Below, piece by piece: positions 40,713 through 50,665 of a stretch of 64,000 nucleotides of DNA. The stretch's first letter is position 1; the number at the start of each line of letters is the position of its first letter. The translations under genes and the position numbers were made by a program. The notes beneath the pieces were generated by a model. It was not told the origin of the DNA. It made no database searches and saw only the letters and a program-made list of their open reading frames with translations. This DNA comes from an uncultured cyanobacterium. Its GTDB lineage: Bacteria > Cyanobacteriota > Cyanobacteriia > CAKZMO01. The stretch is taken from assembly GCA_963719515.1 (NCBI GenBank), contig CAVRCJ010000003.1:1-64000 (forward strand), read 5' to 3'.

Positions 40713-42854
40713 CTATAGCTCTGAACCGGCGTTTAGATAGGTGTACCGGCTCAGGGACTGAGCATAGTTCTGCAACAGCTTGCGGGATTCCTGCAGCGTA
40801 ATGTCGCCGTTCTGTAGCGCCGTTTCAGACCGCAGACGAATTTTCTCCAGCAGATCTTCCGCACTGTATTGCACATAGCTCAACACGTCAGCGGTGGCGT
40901 CCCCTTTGACCAAGTGTGTTACTCCATAGCCGCTTGGCGTCAGGTTGACGTGGACCGTGTTGGTATCTCCGAATAGATTGTGCAAGCTTCCCATAATTTC
41001 CTGATACGCGCCGCCTAGAAACAGACTCAAGTAATAGGGCCGGTGCTTTAAGCCCCCTAACCCTGCTCGACCTGAGGGGTCCGAGCCAGCGACGGGTTCA
41101 AGGGGGTGCAGCTCTAGAACAGACTTAGCGTTGCGCCGCTCGATGAACCGCTCGATTCTGCCGTCGCTGTCGCAAGTCAAATCCGCTAAGATACCCCGGT
41201 GAGTTGGCTCTTCGTCAAGGCGGTGAATAGGCAAAATGGGGAAAAGCTGTTCAATGGCCCAGCTGTCGGGAGCCGACTGAAAGATAGACAGATTGATGTA
41301 ATAGATTGCGGCCATGGAGGCCTCTAAATTGGCTAGGTCATCAGGGACATCGTCCTGCTGTTGGGCAATGTGACGAACTTTATGACAGCAGGCCCAGTAC
41401 AGACGCTCCGCCATAGCTCGCTCAGCTAAGCTCAGGTATCCGAAGTTGAACAGGCTGAGCGCTTCTTGCTTAAACTGCACCGCATCGTGATAGGCCTCCT
41501 GATAGTTTTGCTCGCAGATGAGCCGGTAGGTTTCATGCAGGTTACGCAAAATCAAATGGGCACCCGCATCAGGGCCGACTGCGTCTTTAGGCTCAGGGGG
41601 CTGACTGACGCCAAGTACGTCGAAGACCAGCACCGACTGGTGGGAGGCGATCGCCCGTCCGCTTTCACTCACCAAGGTAGGTGGCGCAACCCCTGCCTCG
41701 TCGCAGGCCTCCTTGACCTCCGCCACGACGTCGTTGGCGTAGTTCTGCATCGTGTAGTTTTTGGAGGCGTGGAAATTGGTCTTAGAGCCGTCGTAATCTA
41801 CGGCGAGGCCACCCCCCACGTCGAGGTAGCCCATGGCAGCGCCAAGCTTGGCTAGCTCAACGTAAATTTGGCTGGCCTCCCGCAGAGCGTCCTTGATGAC
41901 GCTGATGGAGGAGATCTGCGAACCAATATGGAAGTGCAGCAGCTGGAGACAGTCCAGCATCCCGGCTTTTTCGAGCCGCTCTAGGGCCGTCAAAATATCG
42001 GGTACGGTAAGGCCGAACTTGGCGCGATCGCCCGTCGTGGCCTGCCAGCGCCCTTCTCCTGAGACGCTTAGCTTGGCGCGAATGCCCAGCACGGGAGAAA
42101 TTTGCAGCTGCTGACTCTCCTCAATGACAACATCTACCTCTTCCAGCTGCTCTATCACAATGATGGATTGATGCCCTAGCCGCCGCGCCAAGATAGCCGT
42201 CTCAATGTACTCTCTGTCTTTGTAGCCGTTGCAGAGCAGCAGCGCCCCCGGCGTATCCAGCATCGCTAGGGCAATCATCAGTTCAGGTTTCGACCCCGCC
42301 TCGAGCCCAAATTGGTACCCCTTGCCAAAGCGCACGATGTCCTGAACTAGGTGGCGCTGCTGGTTGCACTTGACGGGAAATACGCCTTGGTAGCGACCGC
42401 CATATCCATAGCGGGCGATCGCTTGGGCGAAGCAGGCATTCAGCCGCTCGATACGGTCTTCCAAAATGTCGGAAAATCGGATGAGTAGGGGGAGGTCTAG
42501 ATTACGCGCCTTGAGCGACTGTACCAGCTCGTAGAGGTCAAGGGTGCCGCCGCGATCGCCTCTTGGGGAAACCGTAATGTGGCCCGCCGCGTTGATAGAA
42601 AAGTAGGGGTCGCCCCAGTCCTGAATGCGATAGAGGCGCTCGCTATCCTCAATGGTCCAGCTCGCCCGACTAGCGACGGGACTAGCGGCGGCGCTGCGAT
42701 CGCTGGGCGCTGACCCGGCGATTCTAGAACTATCGGCTGTCCTGGAAAGATTTGAATGCTCCGAATCTGATAGGTTGTTGCCGACGTCCCATGACTTGTC
42801 CAAAGTAATTTCCTCACAGTCCTGCGCATTGATCGGCTGAGAATCAGGATCCAT
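40713..42854 (-). CDS. speA: Biosynthetic arginine decarboxylase
   Basis: FPVKCNQ, GLEAGSKPEL, HFHIGSQ, DVGGGL, TCDSDG, HNLFG. Confidence 0.96.
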   Translation of the reverse strand: MDPDSQPINAQDCEEITLDKSWDVGNNLSDSEHSNLSRTADSSRIAGSAPSDRSAAASPVASRASWTIEDSERLYRIQDWGDPYFSINAAGHITVSPRGDRGGTLDLYELVQSLKARNLDLPLLIRFSDILEDRIERLNACFAQAIARYGYGGRYQGVFPVKCNQQRHLVQDIVRFGKGYQFGLEAGSKPELMIALAMLDTPGALLLCNGYKDREYIETAILARRLGHQSIIVIEQLEEVDVVIEESQQLQISPVLGIRAKLSVSGEGRWQATTGDRAKFGLTVPDILTALERLEKAGMLDCLQLLHFHIGSQISSISVIKDALREASQIYVELAKLGAAMGYLDVGGGLAVDYDGSKTNFHASKNYTMQNYANDVVAEVKEACDEAGVAPPTLVSESGRAIASHQSVLVFDVLGVSQPPEPKDAVGPDAGAHLILRNLHETYRLICEQNYQEAYHDAVQFKQEALSLFNFGYLSLAERAMAERLYWACCHKVRHIAQQQDDVPDDLANLEASMAAIYYINLSIFQSAPDSWAIEQLFPILPIHRLDEEPTHRGILADLTCDSDGRIERFIERRNAKSVLELHPLEPVAGSDPSGRAGLGGLKHRPYYLSLFLGGAYQEIMGSLHNLFGDTNTVHVNLTPSGYGVTHLVKGDATADVLSYVQYSAEDLLEKIRLRSETALQNGDITLQESRKLLQNYAQSLSRYTYLNAGSEL

Positions 42855-42932
42855 CGAGAACAGCCTCACCCCTATCGCTCCGTCGCTCAGCCAGTCTATC
42901 TTAATTGTTGACGATACTCTAACTTCCTGCCG

Positions 42933-43322
42933 ATGAGCGACAATCAGGCTCTCCTTGAGACCAACCGATCTTTCTACCGCGCCTTCGAGCGCAAAGACCT
43001 CGACGCCATGTCATCTGTCTGGTCCCAGGGCACCGGTGTCCTCTGTATCCATCCGGGGCGGCAGAGCCTCAAGGGGTGGCAAGACGTGCGGGCGTCGTGG
43101 CAAATGATCTTTAAGAATACAGAGTACTTCGAGATTGAGCTACAGGTCATCTCGGCGGAAGTGAGCGGGACTCTGGGGTACGTTGTTCTGGTCGAACAGC
43201 TGTTTCAGGTGGTGCGCGGACAGCGCGTCGAGGCCAAATCCATGGCCACCAATGTCTTTGAGAAGCTGGGCGATCGCTGGTATTTGGTTCACCACCACGG
43301 CAGCCCGGTGGCGGGGCGATAG
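42933..43322 (+). CDS. SnoaL/NTF2-like protein
   Basis: FYRAFE, CIHPG, ATNVF, HHHGS. Confidence 0.88.
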   Translation: MSDNQALLETNRSFYRAFERKDLDAMSSVWSQGTGVLCIHPGRQSLKGWQDVRASWQMIFKNTEYFEIELQVISAEVSGTLGYVVLVEQLFQVVRGQRVEAKSMATNVFEKLGDRWYLVHHHGSPVAGR

Positions 43323-43408
43323 GCGGGACAAGTAACCCGGATGTAAGGACACCGTATGCTGCGCCCTTACTGTAGAGCCCTTACTGTAGAGTAGGAAAGC
43401 CGTTCCTC

Positions 43409-45031
43409 ATGCCCTACCCTGTGCCCAAGGCTCCCAACTCTCGCTCCCTCGTCAACATCGCTAGTATTGTCGCCATTGCCACACTGATCAGCAAAGTGTT
43501 CGGTCTGGTGCGGCAGCAGGCGATCGCCGCCATCTTCGGGGTAGGAGCCGCAGCTGACGCATACAACTACGCCTATGTCGTTCCGGGTTTCCTGCTAATT
43601 TTGCTGGGGGGCATCAACGGGCCATTTCACAGCGCTATGGTGAGTGCCTTAGCAAAGCGCGATCGCGAAGAGGCTGAGCCTCTAGTCGAAACCATGACCA
43701 CCCTGGTGGGGGCCGCACTGCTGGGGGTGACGCTGCTGATTTTTGTATTTGCCCACATTTTGATTGATTTAGTGGCCCCTGGGCTGAGCCAAACCGAAGC
43801 GGGGCTAGAAATTCGAGCGATCGCCATTGCCCAGCTGCGCATTATGTCGCCTATGGCGCTATTCGCGGGGTTGATTGGGATCGGCTTTGGCACCCTTAAC
43901 GCCGCCGACCACTATTGGCTCCCCTCAATTAGCCCACTGTTTTCTAGCTCGGTGGTGCTGCTGGGTTTGGGCTGGTTGGCCCTGAGTCTAGGGGAAGACA
44001 TCACGGCTCCGCAGTACGCGCTGCTGGGAGGGGTGGTGCTGGCTTGGGGTACCCTCGGAGGCGCAGCGCTGCAGTGGCTGGTTCAAATTCCGGTGCAGTG
44101 GCGCTCGGGGCTGGGAAAGCTGCGGCTGCGGTTCAACCTCAATCAGCCTGGCATCAGCGATGTGCTGAGGGTGATGGGACCGGCCACCTTCTCCTCCGGA
44201 ATGATGCAGATCAATGTCTATACAGACCTGTTTTTTGCCTCATTTATTCCTCAGGCTGCCGCTGCCCTTAGCTACGCCAATTTGCTGGTTCAAACCCCGT
44301 TGGGCATTGTCTCCAACGTCATTTTAGTTCCCTTGCTGCCTGTATTCTCTCGGCTTGCGGCCCCAGAACATCGCGAAGAGCTTAAAGACCGAGTTCGTCA
44401 GGGGCTCATGCTGACCGCCGTCACCATGCTGCCCCTCAGTGCCCTGATTATGACCTTGGCGCTACCGGCGGTGCGGGTAGTCTACGAGCGATTTGCCTTT
44501 GATCAAGAGGCGTCGCGGTTGGTGACAAGCGTGCTGATTGCCTACGGCGCGGGCATGTTTGTCTACCTAGGGAGAGACGTGCTGGTGCGGGTTTTTTATG
44601 GCCTAGGCGATGGGGCAACGCCGTTCCGTATCAGCATCGCCAACATTTTCCTCAATGCGGTGCTTGACTACTGGCTGGTTGACGCCTTCGGAGCTCCGGG
44701 TTTAGTTCTGGCAACCGTGGGCGTCAACGCCGTGTCAATGGTGCTCCTGCTGGGGCTGCTTGACCGCCGGCTCGGGGGACTGCCCTGGCGCAGCTGGCTG
44801 CGGCCCTTTTCGGGGCTGCTCCTCGCCAGCGCTGCGGCGGGTGGCGCCAGCTGGACGGCGAGGCTTGGGTTAGAGCAGATGCTGGGGACCGACGGCTTTG
44901 GCTCTCAACTTCTGGCGCTGATGGGCGGCGGCTTTGTCGGACTGGCGGCGTTTAGCGCGATCGCTCTGCGATTAGAAATACCTGAGGTCCGCCTGCTGGC
45001 CGACCAGATTCGCCGCAAGCTCGGGCGGTAG
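43409..45031 (+). CDS. murJ: Lipid II flippase
   Basis: SKVFGLVR, ADAYNYAY, GGINGPFHS, RVFYGLGD. Confidence 0.95.
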   Translation: MPYPVPKAPNSRSLVNIASIVAIATLISKVFGLVRQQAIAAIFGVGAAADAYNYAYVVPGFLLILLGGINGPFHSAMVSALAKRDREEAEPLVETMTTLVGAALLGVTLLIFVFAHILIDLVAPGLSQTEAGLEIRAIAIAQLRIMSPMALFAGLIGIGFGTLNAADHYWLPSISPLFSSSVVLLGLGWLALSLGEDITAPQYALLGGVVLAWGTLGGAALQWLVQIPVQWRSGLGKLRLRFNLNQPGISDVLRVMGPATFSSGMMQINVYTDLFFASFIPQAAAALSYANLLVQTPLGIVSNVILVPLLPVFSRLAAPEHREELKDRVRQGLMLTAVTMLPLSALIMTLALPAVRVVYERFAFDQEASRLVTSVLIAYGAGMFVYLGRDVLVRVFYGLGDGATPFRISIANIFLNAVLDYWLVDAFGAPGLVLATVGVNAVSMVLLLGLLDRRLGGLPWRSWLRPFSGLLLASAAAGGASWTARLGLEQMLGTDGFGSQLLALMGGGFVGLAAFSAIALRLEIPEVRLLADQIRRKLGR

Positions 45032-45065
45032 CGGCTCGTGGGTTACGCCAACAGGCTGCGCTTAC

Positions 45066-45371
45066 CTACAGACTTCGCTGATATTCCGTTAGCACAGCCA
45101 TAAGTTCACGGTGGCCCGCGTCAGGAATCAGTTCGCTCAGAGGCAGAGACTGCTTGCCGCCCCCCAGCTTAACCGAAATGCTGTTGAGTACTGCCTTTAC
45201 GCGACCTTCGTCCATGGAATCGGAGAGCATGGGGTAAAGTTGCTCTGCGATCGCCGTATGCAGATGGGCATCCTGTAAATAGAGGTGCCAATTGGCTACA
45301 TCAATGTAGACTTTATCGCCAATTTCAGCCGCTAAGGCTTCGACCGCTTCGCTGGTGCTGGAGTAAGCCAT
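45066..45371 (-). CDS. DUF3181 family protein
   Basis: LAAEIGDKVYIDVANWHLYL, VKLGGG. Confidence 0.8.
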   Translation of the reverse strand: MAYSSTSEAVEALAAEIGDKVYIDVANWHLYLQDAHLHTAIAEQLYPMLSDSMDEGRVKAVLNSISVKLGGGKQSLPLSELIPDAGHRELMAVLTEYQRSL

Positions 45372-45440
45372 GATCCTTCTCAGTCGCTATATCTGTGCAG
45401 CTCCTTTATCTCGGATGAAGGGCTGCTAGCTCAACGGTCC

Positions 45441-45731
45441 CTAGGGAGATTTTTCCCTCGCAAACCCTTTGCCCCCGGTTGCTGGTGGGGGTGCATCTGA
45501 GTAGTCTGCGATCGCAAAAACATACATGGCGTGGCTTACCAACACCGCCAGCCAAATCAAGCTAACCCCTCGGACCCAGTCCCAGTCGGGGAAGCGAAAC
45601 AGGTGGAAGAACCACAGGCCCGAGTTCACGGCGGCAGTTAGAGCAACATGAGTTGCAAAAGTTATGCGGTCGTCTAGGCGACGGAACGCAGGATCCTTAC
45701 GGTCGGGTTTGCGAGGCCAACGAGGGGGCAT
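45441..45731 (-). CDS. 2TM domain protein
   Basis: MPPRWPRKPDR.DP, two hydrophobic helices, IADYS. Confidence 0.8.
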   Translation of the reverse strand: MPPRWPRKPDRKDPAFRRLDDRITFATHVALTAAVNSGLWFFHLFRFPDWDWVRGVSLIWLAVLVSHAMYVFAIADYSDAPPPATGGKGFAREKSP

Positions 45732-45954
45732 ATCGATTAATCAGATTTTAAGTTTAGACGGACGGTGGTCATATTACTTACTTTAACGCTGGTGTGTCTT
45801 TAGTGCTGACGGATTGACTGTTCGCCTGAAGCACCCGCCGCCAGCGTCCGTCGTAATCGACATAGCGCCAAAAAATCACGCAGGTTCAGCACAGGGATTG
45901 GGGGCGTCTACCAACAGTCCACCCTTTATCGTCATCCAATCACTACTGCAATCC

Positions 45955-46659
45955 ATGAAACTAACGGTAACTAGCGACACTATCTTCAAGCAGCGTCCTC
46001 GCCAGTCGCGCGAACTCTCTGGAAATGAGAAATTCTTGGTCAAAAAGCACACGACTTTTGACCTGAAGGCCCACAGCGCCGCGCCCCTGAAACACGTCCG
46101 CGTCACCTTTGAGACCCCCATCGGGCCGCAGCTCAAAGCCTCCTGGTATGTCTTTGGTGAGCATGTTTCCATTGAGGGTAACGAGCCCGGTAACAGCCCC
46201 CAGGAAACTACACCTGGGGACAGGCGCGCCGGGGGCTTTAAGCTGCCGGGGTATCGCAGTACGTTCTACTTAGAAAACCCGGTGCTGTCGGGGGGGAATT
46301 TCACCTGGGCTGAGGTCACCAAAAATGGACAGCGAATGCCAGCGACCAAGAGCCTAGTGACCGAGATCATGCGGATTGCGGATACCCTCCAAGATATCCG
46401 CGAACTCTTTGGCGATCGCCCCATGATTGTGACCTCTTGGTACCGTGATCCAGCCACCAATCGCCGGGTGGGTGGGGCAAGAAAAAGCCGCCACCTTACC
46501 GGAGGTGCCGTCGACTTTAAAATTTCTGGGGTGTCTCCCGCTGAAGTACAGCGGCGGCTCGACCCCTGGTGGGGACAGCGTGGCGGATTAGCCAGCGCCA
46601 GCACGTTTACCCACATCGACAACCGGGGGTATCGGGCGCGCTGGCGCTACGGGCGCTAG
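45955..46659 (+). CDS. Peptidase M15A family (D-Ala-D-Ala carboxypeptidase-like)
   Basis: TSWYR, NRRVGGA, SRHLTGGAVD, FTHID. Confidence 0.9.
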   Translation: MKLTVTSDTIFKQRPRQSRELSGNEKFLVKKHTTFDLKAHSAAPLKHVRVTFETPIGPQLKASWYVFGEHVSIEGNEPGNSPQETTPGDRRAGGFKLPGYRSTFYLENPVLSGGNFTWAEVTKNGQRMPATKSLVTEIMRIADTLQDIRELFGDRPMIVTSWYRDPATNRRVGGARKSRHLTGGAVDFKISGVSPAEVQRRLDPWWGQRGGLASASTFTHIDNRGYRARWRYGR

Positions 46660-46700
46660 CGGAAACCGCTGCGCAGCTGGGACGAGGAAATTTCTGAGAG

Positions 46701-47216
46701 TTAGGGGCGATCGCTAGCAGCGCGATAGTCCCCTGACTTGCCCCCTATCTTACTCACCAGGTGAATCCCTTCAATGGTCATAGATTTTTCCAGGGCTTTC
46801 ACCATGTCGTACAGCGTCAGGGCCGCCACAGCGACGGCGGTCAACGCTTCCATCTCCACGCCGGTTTCGGCGGTTGTCTTCGCCATCGCCTCAATTCGAT
46901 ATCCTGGCAGGGTCCTATCGGCAACAATTTGGACCTCGACGGTCTTTAGAGGCAGCGGATGGCATAGGGGAATCAGCTGCGCGGTCTGCTTGGCCGCCAT
47001 GATACCCGCTAGCCGAGCGGTGCCCAACACGTCCCCTTTGGGCGCGTTGCCGGTCTCAACAGCCTCCAGCGTTTGGGGCTGCATGCGCACCTGCCCTGCG
47101 GCGATCGCCTGCCGCAGGGTAGCAGTTTTCTGTGAGACATCTACCATCTGCGCCTGCCCTTGGCTGTCGAGATGGGAGAGCGACCCGTCAGCGGATGGCC
47201 CCTGGGAGTTGTTCAT
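46701..47216 (-). CDS. moaC: Cyclic pyranopterin monophosphate synthase
   Basis: [37 protein letters not shown]. Confidence 0.96.
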   Translation of the reverse strand: MNNSQGPSADGSLSHLDSQGQAQMVDVSQKTATLRQAIAAGQVRMQPQTLEAVETGNAPKGDVLGTARLAGIMAAKQTAQLIPLCHPLPLKTVEVQIVADRTLPGYRIEAMAKTTAETGVEMEALTAVAVAALTLYDMVKALEKSMTIEGIHLVSKIGGKSGDYRAASDRP

Positions 47217-47248
47217 AGACAATTTTGGGCTAGAGGACAAACTTTAGG

Positions 47249-47276
47249 TTGCATTTTCATCAGGCTATGATACTAT
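47249..47276 (+). promoter_or_regulatory. Sigma70-type promoter of the tRNA
   Basis: TTGCAT-16 nt-TACTAT with extended TGn, ending 13 nt before the tRNA. Confidence 0.65.
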
Positions 47277-47289
47277 AGAAATCCTGTGA

Positions 47290-47363
47290 GGGCTTGTAGC
47301 TCAGTGGACTAGAGCACGTGGCTACGGACCACGGTGTCGGGGGTTCGAATCCCTCCTAGCCCG
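47290..47363 (+). tRNA. trnR: tRNA-Arg (anticodon ACG)
   Basis: GGGCTTG acceptor stem, TAGCTCAGTGG D-arm, CGTGG-CTACGGA-CCACG anticodon arm, GGTTCGAATCC T-arm. Confidence 0.97.
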
Positions 47364-47366
47364 TTC

Positions 47367-47403
47367 AAGAGAGGTAAGGGTATTTTCCCCTTGCCTCTTT
47401 TTT
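47367..47403 (+). terminator. Intrinsic terminator after the tRNA
   Basis: AGAGGTAAGGG...CCCTTGCCTCT followed by a T-run. Confidence 0.8.
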
Positions 47404-47628
47404 AAATGCCCGGATACCTGATTGTATTGGACTACCCTGTTTATGGCCTTACCGCATGGCCCTACCGCTAAGCCGCGACAGCACAGCGCGATTTCTCAGC
47501 CGCTTCTTGAAAAGCTGTGCGCTCTTCAACATCTGAATTAAACTAGATTAAGGTATAAGGGGCCTCGCTGACGGGTCCTCATTAACATACTTGTTTGTTT
47601 GTTTGAAAACCCGACAGGATGAAGACCC

Positions 47629-48402
47629 ATGGGATTGTTTGACCGTGTGAGCCGGGTTGTCCGGTCTAACCTTAATGCAATGGTTGGTGCTGCTGAAGAT
47701 CCTGAAAAGATCTTGGATCAAGCCCTTGAGGATATGAGGGAAGACTTGATTCAGATGCGGCAGGCTGTCGCTCGGGCGATCGCCAGCCAAAAGCGGGTGC
47801 AGCAGCAGTACAACCAAGCTGACTCTGAGGCGGGCAAGTGGCAGCAAAGAGCCCAGCTGGCCCTACAGAAAGGCGACGAAGATCTAGCCCGGCAGGCATT
47901 GAGCCGTAAGAAGGTCCAGGCGGAGACGGCCAACGCGCTCAAAGGACAGCTCGACCAGCAGGCCGGTCAGGTCGAAACTCTAAAGCGCAATCTGATTGCC
48001 CTAGAGGGCAAGATTTCTGAAGCTAAAACCAAAAAAGACATGCTCAAAGCCCGGGCCAGCGCGGCCAAGGCCAACGAGCAGCTGCAGAACACCATCGGCC
48101 AAACCAGCACGGGCTCCTCCATGGCCGCTTTTGAGCGCATGGAAGAGAAGGTGCAAATGATGGAAGCTCGCTCAGAGGCGGCAGCAGAGATTGCAGGCTC
48201 CGATCTAGACAGCCAGTTTAACCAGCTTGAGGCCGGTTCTGACGTCGACGACGAGCTAGCGGCTATGAAGCAGCAAATGCTGGGCGGGGCTCCCGAAAGC
48301 CAAGGGCAGCTGCCGGCGGCAAGCGATTCGACGCCCAAGGGCACCGACGCCACGACCGACGCTGAGCTAGAGGAGCTGAGGAAACAAATCGACCAGCTCT
48401 AG
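47629..48402 (+). CDS. vipp1: Vipp1/IM30 (PspA family)
   Basis: MGLFDRVSRVVRSNLN, EDPEKIL, AFERMEEKV, plus C-terminal extra helix ELEELRKQIDQL. Confidence 0.92.
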   Translation: MGLFDRVSRVVRSNLNAMVGAAEDPEKILDQALEDMREDLIQMRQAVARAIASQKRVQQQYNQADSEAGKWQQRAQLALQKGDEDLARQALSRKKVQAETANALKGQLDQQAGQVETLKRNLIALEGKISEAKTKKDMLKARASAAKANEQLQNTIGQTSTGSSMAAFERMEEKVQMMEARSEAAAEIAGSDLDSQFNQLEAGSDVDDELAAMKQQMLGGAPESQGQLPAASDSTPKGTDATTDAELEELRKQIDQL

Positions 48403-48431
48403 GCGCGGGCCTCTTGGAGGAATAGCGCCCT

Positions 48432-49634
48432 GTGTTTGCCAAGCGCTCTATTCTGGTGGGCGTCAGCGGTGGTATCGCAGCGTACAAGGTCTGTGAGATT
48501 GTCTCTACTTTGGCGAAGGCCGGAGCGTCTGTCCAGGTCATCCTCAGCGGCGGGGCGCAGCAGTTTATCTCTCCGCTGACCTTCGCGACCCTAGCTCGTC
48601 AGCCCGCCTACACCGATGCAGACTTCTGGCAACCCCACGCTCGGCCCCTTCACATCGCGCTGGGTGAGCAGGCGGATGTCTTTGTAATTGCCCCTGCCAC
48701 GGCCAATACCCTCGGCAAACTGGCCCATGGACTGGCCGATAGTTTGCTGACCAACGCAGTTTTGGCGTCCACCTGCCCGCTGCTGCTGGCCCCCGCCATG
48801 AACACCGATATGTGGCAGCAGGATGCCGTACAGCGCAACTGGAAACAGCTCCAGGGGGGCCGCTATCACGCGGCGGGACCGGGAGCGGGACGCCTGGCCT
48901 GCGATCGCGTCGGCGATGGGCGGATGGCGGAGCCCGCCCAAATTCTGGCTCACTTGGCGTCTCTGCTGCAGACCGGCGGGCAAAGAGATCTGGCGGGGAA
49001 GCGCGTTCTCATCAGCGCGGGCAGCACCCGAGAGCATTTAGACCCGGTGCGCTTTATCGGCAATCCCGCCACGGGCAAAATGGGCGTCGCCCTGGCCCAG
49101 GCAGCGCTGCACCGGGGGGCGCAGGTAACGCTGGTGCATGGCCCTGCGGAGATGGCCGTATTGGACGGGCTGTCGGGGGTGACCCGGGTCCCTGTAACTA
49201 CCGCTGAGCAGATGCAGACTGCCCTTCTGGCCCACAGCCCGCAGGCCGACTGGGTGGTGATGGCAGCGGCGGTTGCCGACGTCAAGCCCGCTCAGCGCCA
49301 TCCCCATAAGCTGCCTAAGTCAGCGATTCCCGAACAGCTCCCCCTAGCGGCAGTGCCTGACATCTTGAGCCAGCTGAGCCAGCGCCGCCACCCAGGCCAA
49401 AGGCTCGTCGGGTTTGCCGCGCAGACGGGAGATATCTACCCCCCTGCCAAAGAGAAGCTTGAGCGCAAGGGCCTAGACCTGATCGTGGCCAATCCTATCG
49501 ACCAGCCGGACGCTGGATTCGGGAGCGATCGCAATCGGGCGCTCATCATCAGCAAGGACGGCACCGTGAAACAGATTCCGCCCTGCCACAAGCTTGAGCT
49601 CGCTCACCAAATATTCGACCAAGGACTGGGTTAA
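48432..49634 (+). CDS. coaBC: Bifunctional phosphopantothenoylcysteine decarboxylase/ligase
   Basis: [39 protein letters not shown]. Confidence 0.96.
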   Translation: MFAKRSILVGVSGGIAAYKVCEIVSTLAKAGASVQVILSGGAQQFISPLTFATLARQPAYTDADFWQPHARPLHIALGEQADVFVIAPATANTLGKLAHGLADSLLTNAVLASTCPLLLAPAMNTDMWQQDAVQRNWKQLQGGRYHAAGPGAGRLACDRVGDGRMAEPAQILAHLASLLQTGGQRDLAGKRVLISAGSTREHLDPVRFIGNPATGKMGVALAQAALHRGAQVTLVHGPAEMAVLDGLSGVTRVPVTTAEQMQTALLAHSPQADWVVMAAAVADVKPAQRHPHKLPKSAIPEQLPLAAVPDILSQLSQRRHPGQRLVGFAAQTGDIYPPAKEKLERKGLDLIVANPIDQPDAGFGSDRNRALIISKDGTVKQIPPCHKLELAHQIFDQGLG

Positions 49635-49732
49635 CCTGCCCTTAACGAATTGTAACGATAGGTCAGCTATTCTGATAGGAGCCAAATTTTTGAAATAGGC
49701 CGCGTATGCCCGTCCTTTTGGTCTCCTTTCCC

Positions 49733-50425
49733 ATGTTCGACCTCCTGATAAAAGGGGGGATCGTCATGATTCCGCTGCTGCTGCTGTCCATACTGACCAT
49801 CGCCACGTCGCTAGAGCGGCTGATATTTTGGTACCGATTGTTGAGCAAAGAAGATCGCATCGTCCAGGATGTGGTCGACGCTGCTCACCATAGCCTCACA
49901 GAAGCCCGCCACATTGCCGAGCGCGCCAGCGACCTTGCCATTGGCCGGTTTTTGCTGTCTCCCCTGAGACTGCATCAGCCTTCTCCCGAGACGTTTCGGC
50001 TCGCCATGGAGTCTGCCGCCGACAAAGAGTTTGTCCGTATGCGGCGGGGCGATAAGTTTTTAGAAACGGTGGTGGCCCTTTCGCCGCTCATTGGCCTTTT
50101 GGGAACCGTGACGGGACTGATCCGGACCTTCAACAACCTCGACATCGGCGGTCAGGGGTCGGGAGAGAGCGGTGAACTGGCGGCGGCGGGAATTGGTGAA
50201 GCGCTGATCACGACGGCGGCAGGGATGTTTGTAGCTATCTTAGCGCTGGTATTTTTCCGCGTCTTTGTGACGCTGCAGTCGCGGCAGATGGACTACTTTT
50301 CTGAGGTGGGTAGTGAGCTAGAGCTAATTTATCGTCAGGAGTGGTACGAAAAGGACAGCGTGAGTCATGAGGACGTGAGTTACGAGGACAGGCGGCTTCC
50401 TTCTGAAGCCCCCACCTCAATTTAG
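49733..50425 (+). CDS. exbB: MotA/TolQ/ExbB proton channel protein
   Basis: SPLIGLLGTVTG, GIGEALITTAAG. Confidence 0.92.
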   Translation: MFDLLIKGGIVMIPLLLLSILTIATSLERLIFWYRLLSKEDRIVQDVVDAAHHSLTEARHIAERASDLAIGRFLLSPLRLHQPSPETFRLAMESAADKEFVRMRRGDKFLETVVALSPLIGLLGTVTGLIRTFNNLDIGGQGSGESGELAAAGIGEALITTAAGMFVAILALVFFRVFVTLQSRQMDYFSEVGSELELIYRQEWYEKDSVSHEDVSYEDRRLPSEAPTSI

Positions 50426-50449
50426 CTACTAGACAGGAAGCCCCGCGCT

Positions 50450-50632
50450 CTACCCGTCAGGGTGAGCGTCGGGATGAGAGTCGCGGTCGTCGATGGGGCT
50501 CAATGCCCCGGAGACGGCCAAACTTCGGATGTACTCCCTAAGGACATCGTTGATAGTTCTTTCGGTCATCTCACAATACTTGTCAAGATGCTGCTTTTCT
50601 CTGTCAGCGGCTCTAATAGTTATTTGCTGCAT
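50450..50632 (-). CDS. Small ribbon-helix-helix (CopG-like) DNA-binding protein inside the IS
   Basis: MQQITIR beta-strand pattern followed by two helices (EKQHLDKYC; TINDVLREYIRSL); divergent from tnpB. Confidence 0.7.
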   Translation of the reverse strand: MQQITIRAADREKQHLDKYCEMTERTINDVLREYIRSLAVSGALSPIDDRDSHPDAHPDG

Positions 50633-50665
50633 GTCGTTCTGATGTCAATATGCTATCATTATTGC

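Noticed and set aside
43363..43390. 14-bp direct duplication GCCCTTACTGTAGA before murJ
   Set aside because: Simple slippage duplication with no intervening element
47290..47363. tRNA as an island or prophage integration site
   Set aside because: Flanked by moaC and vipp1; no duplicated tRNA 3' end seen and no adjacent integrase
50462..50665. 68-aa N-terminal extension of TnpB in the ORF track
   Set aside because: Overlaps the antisense RHH gene and left-end hairpin; the TnpB-like sequence begins at MKVTYQY (50666)
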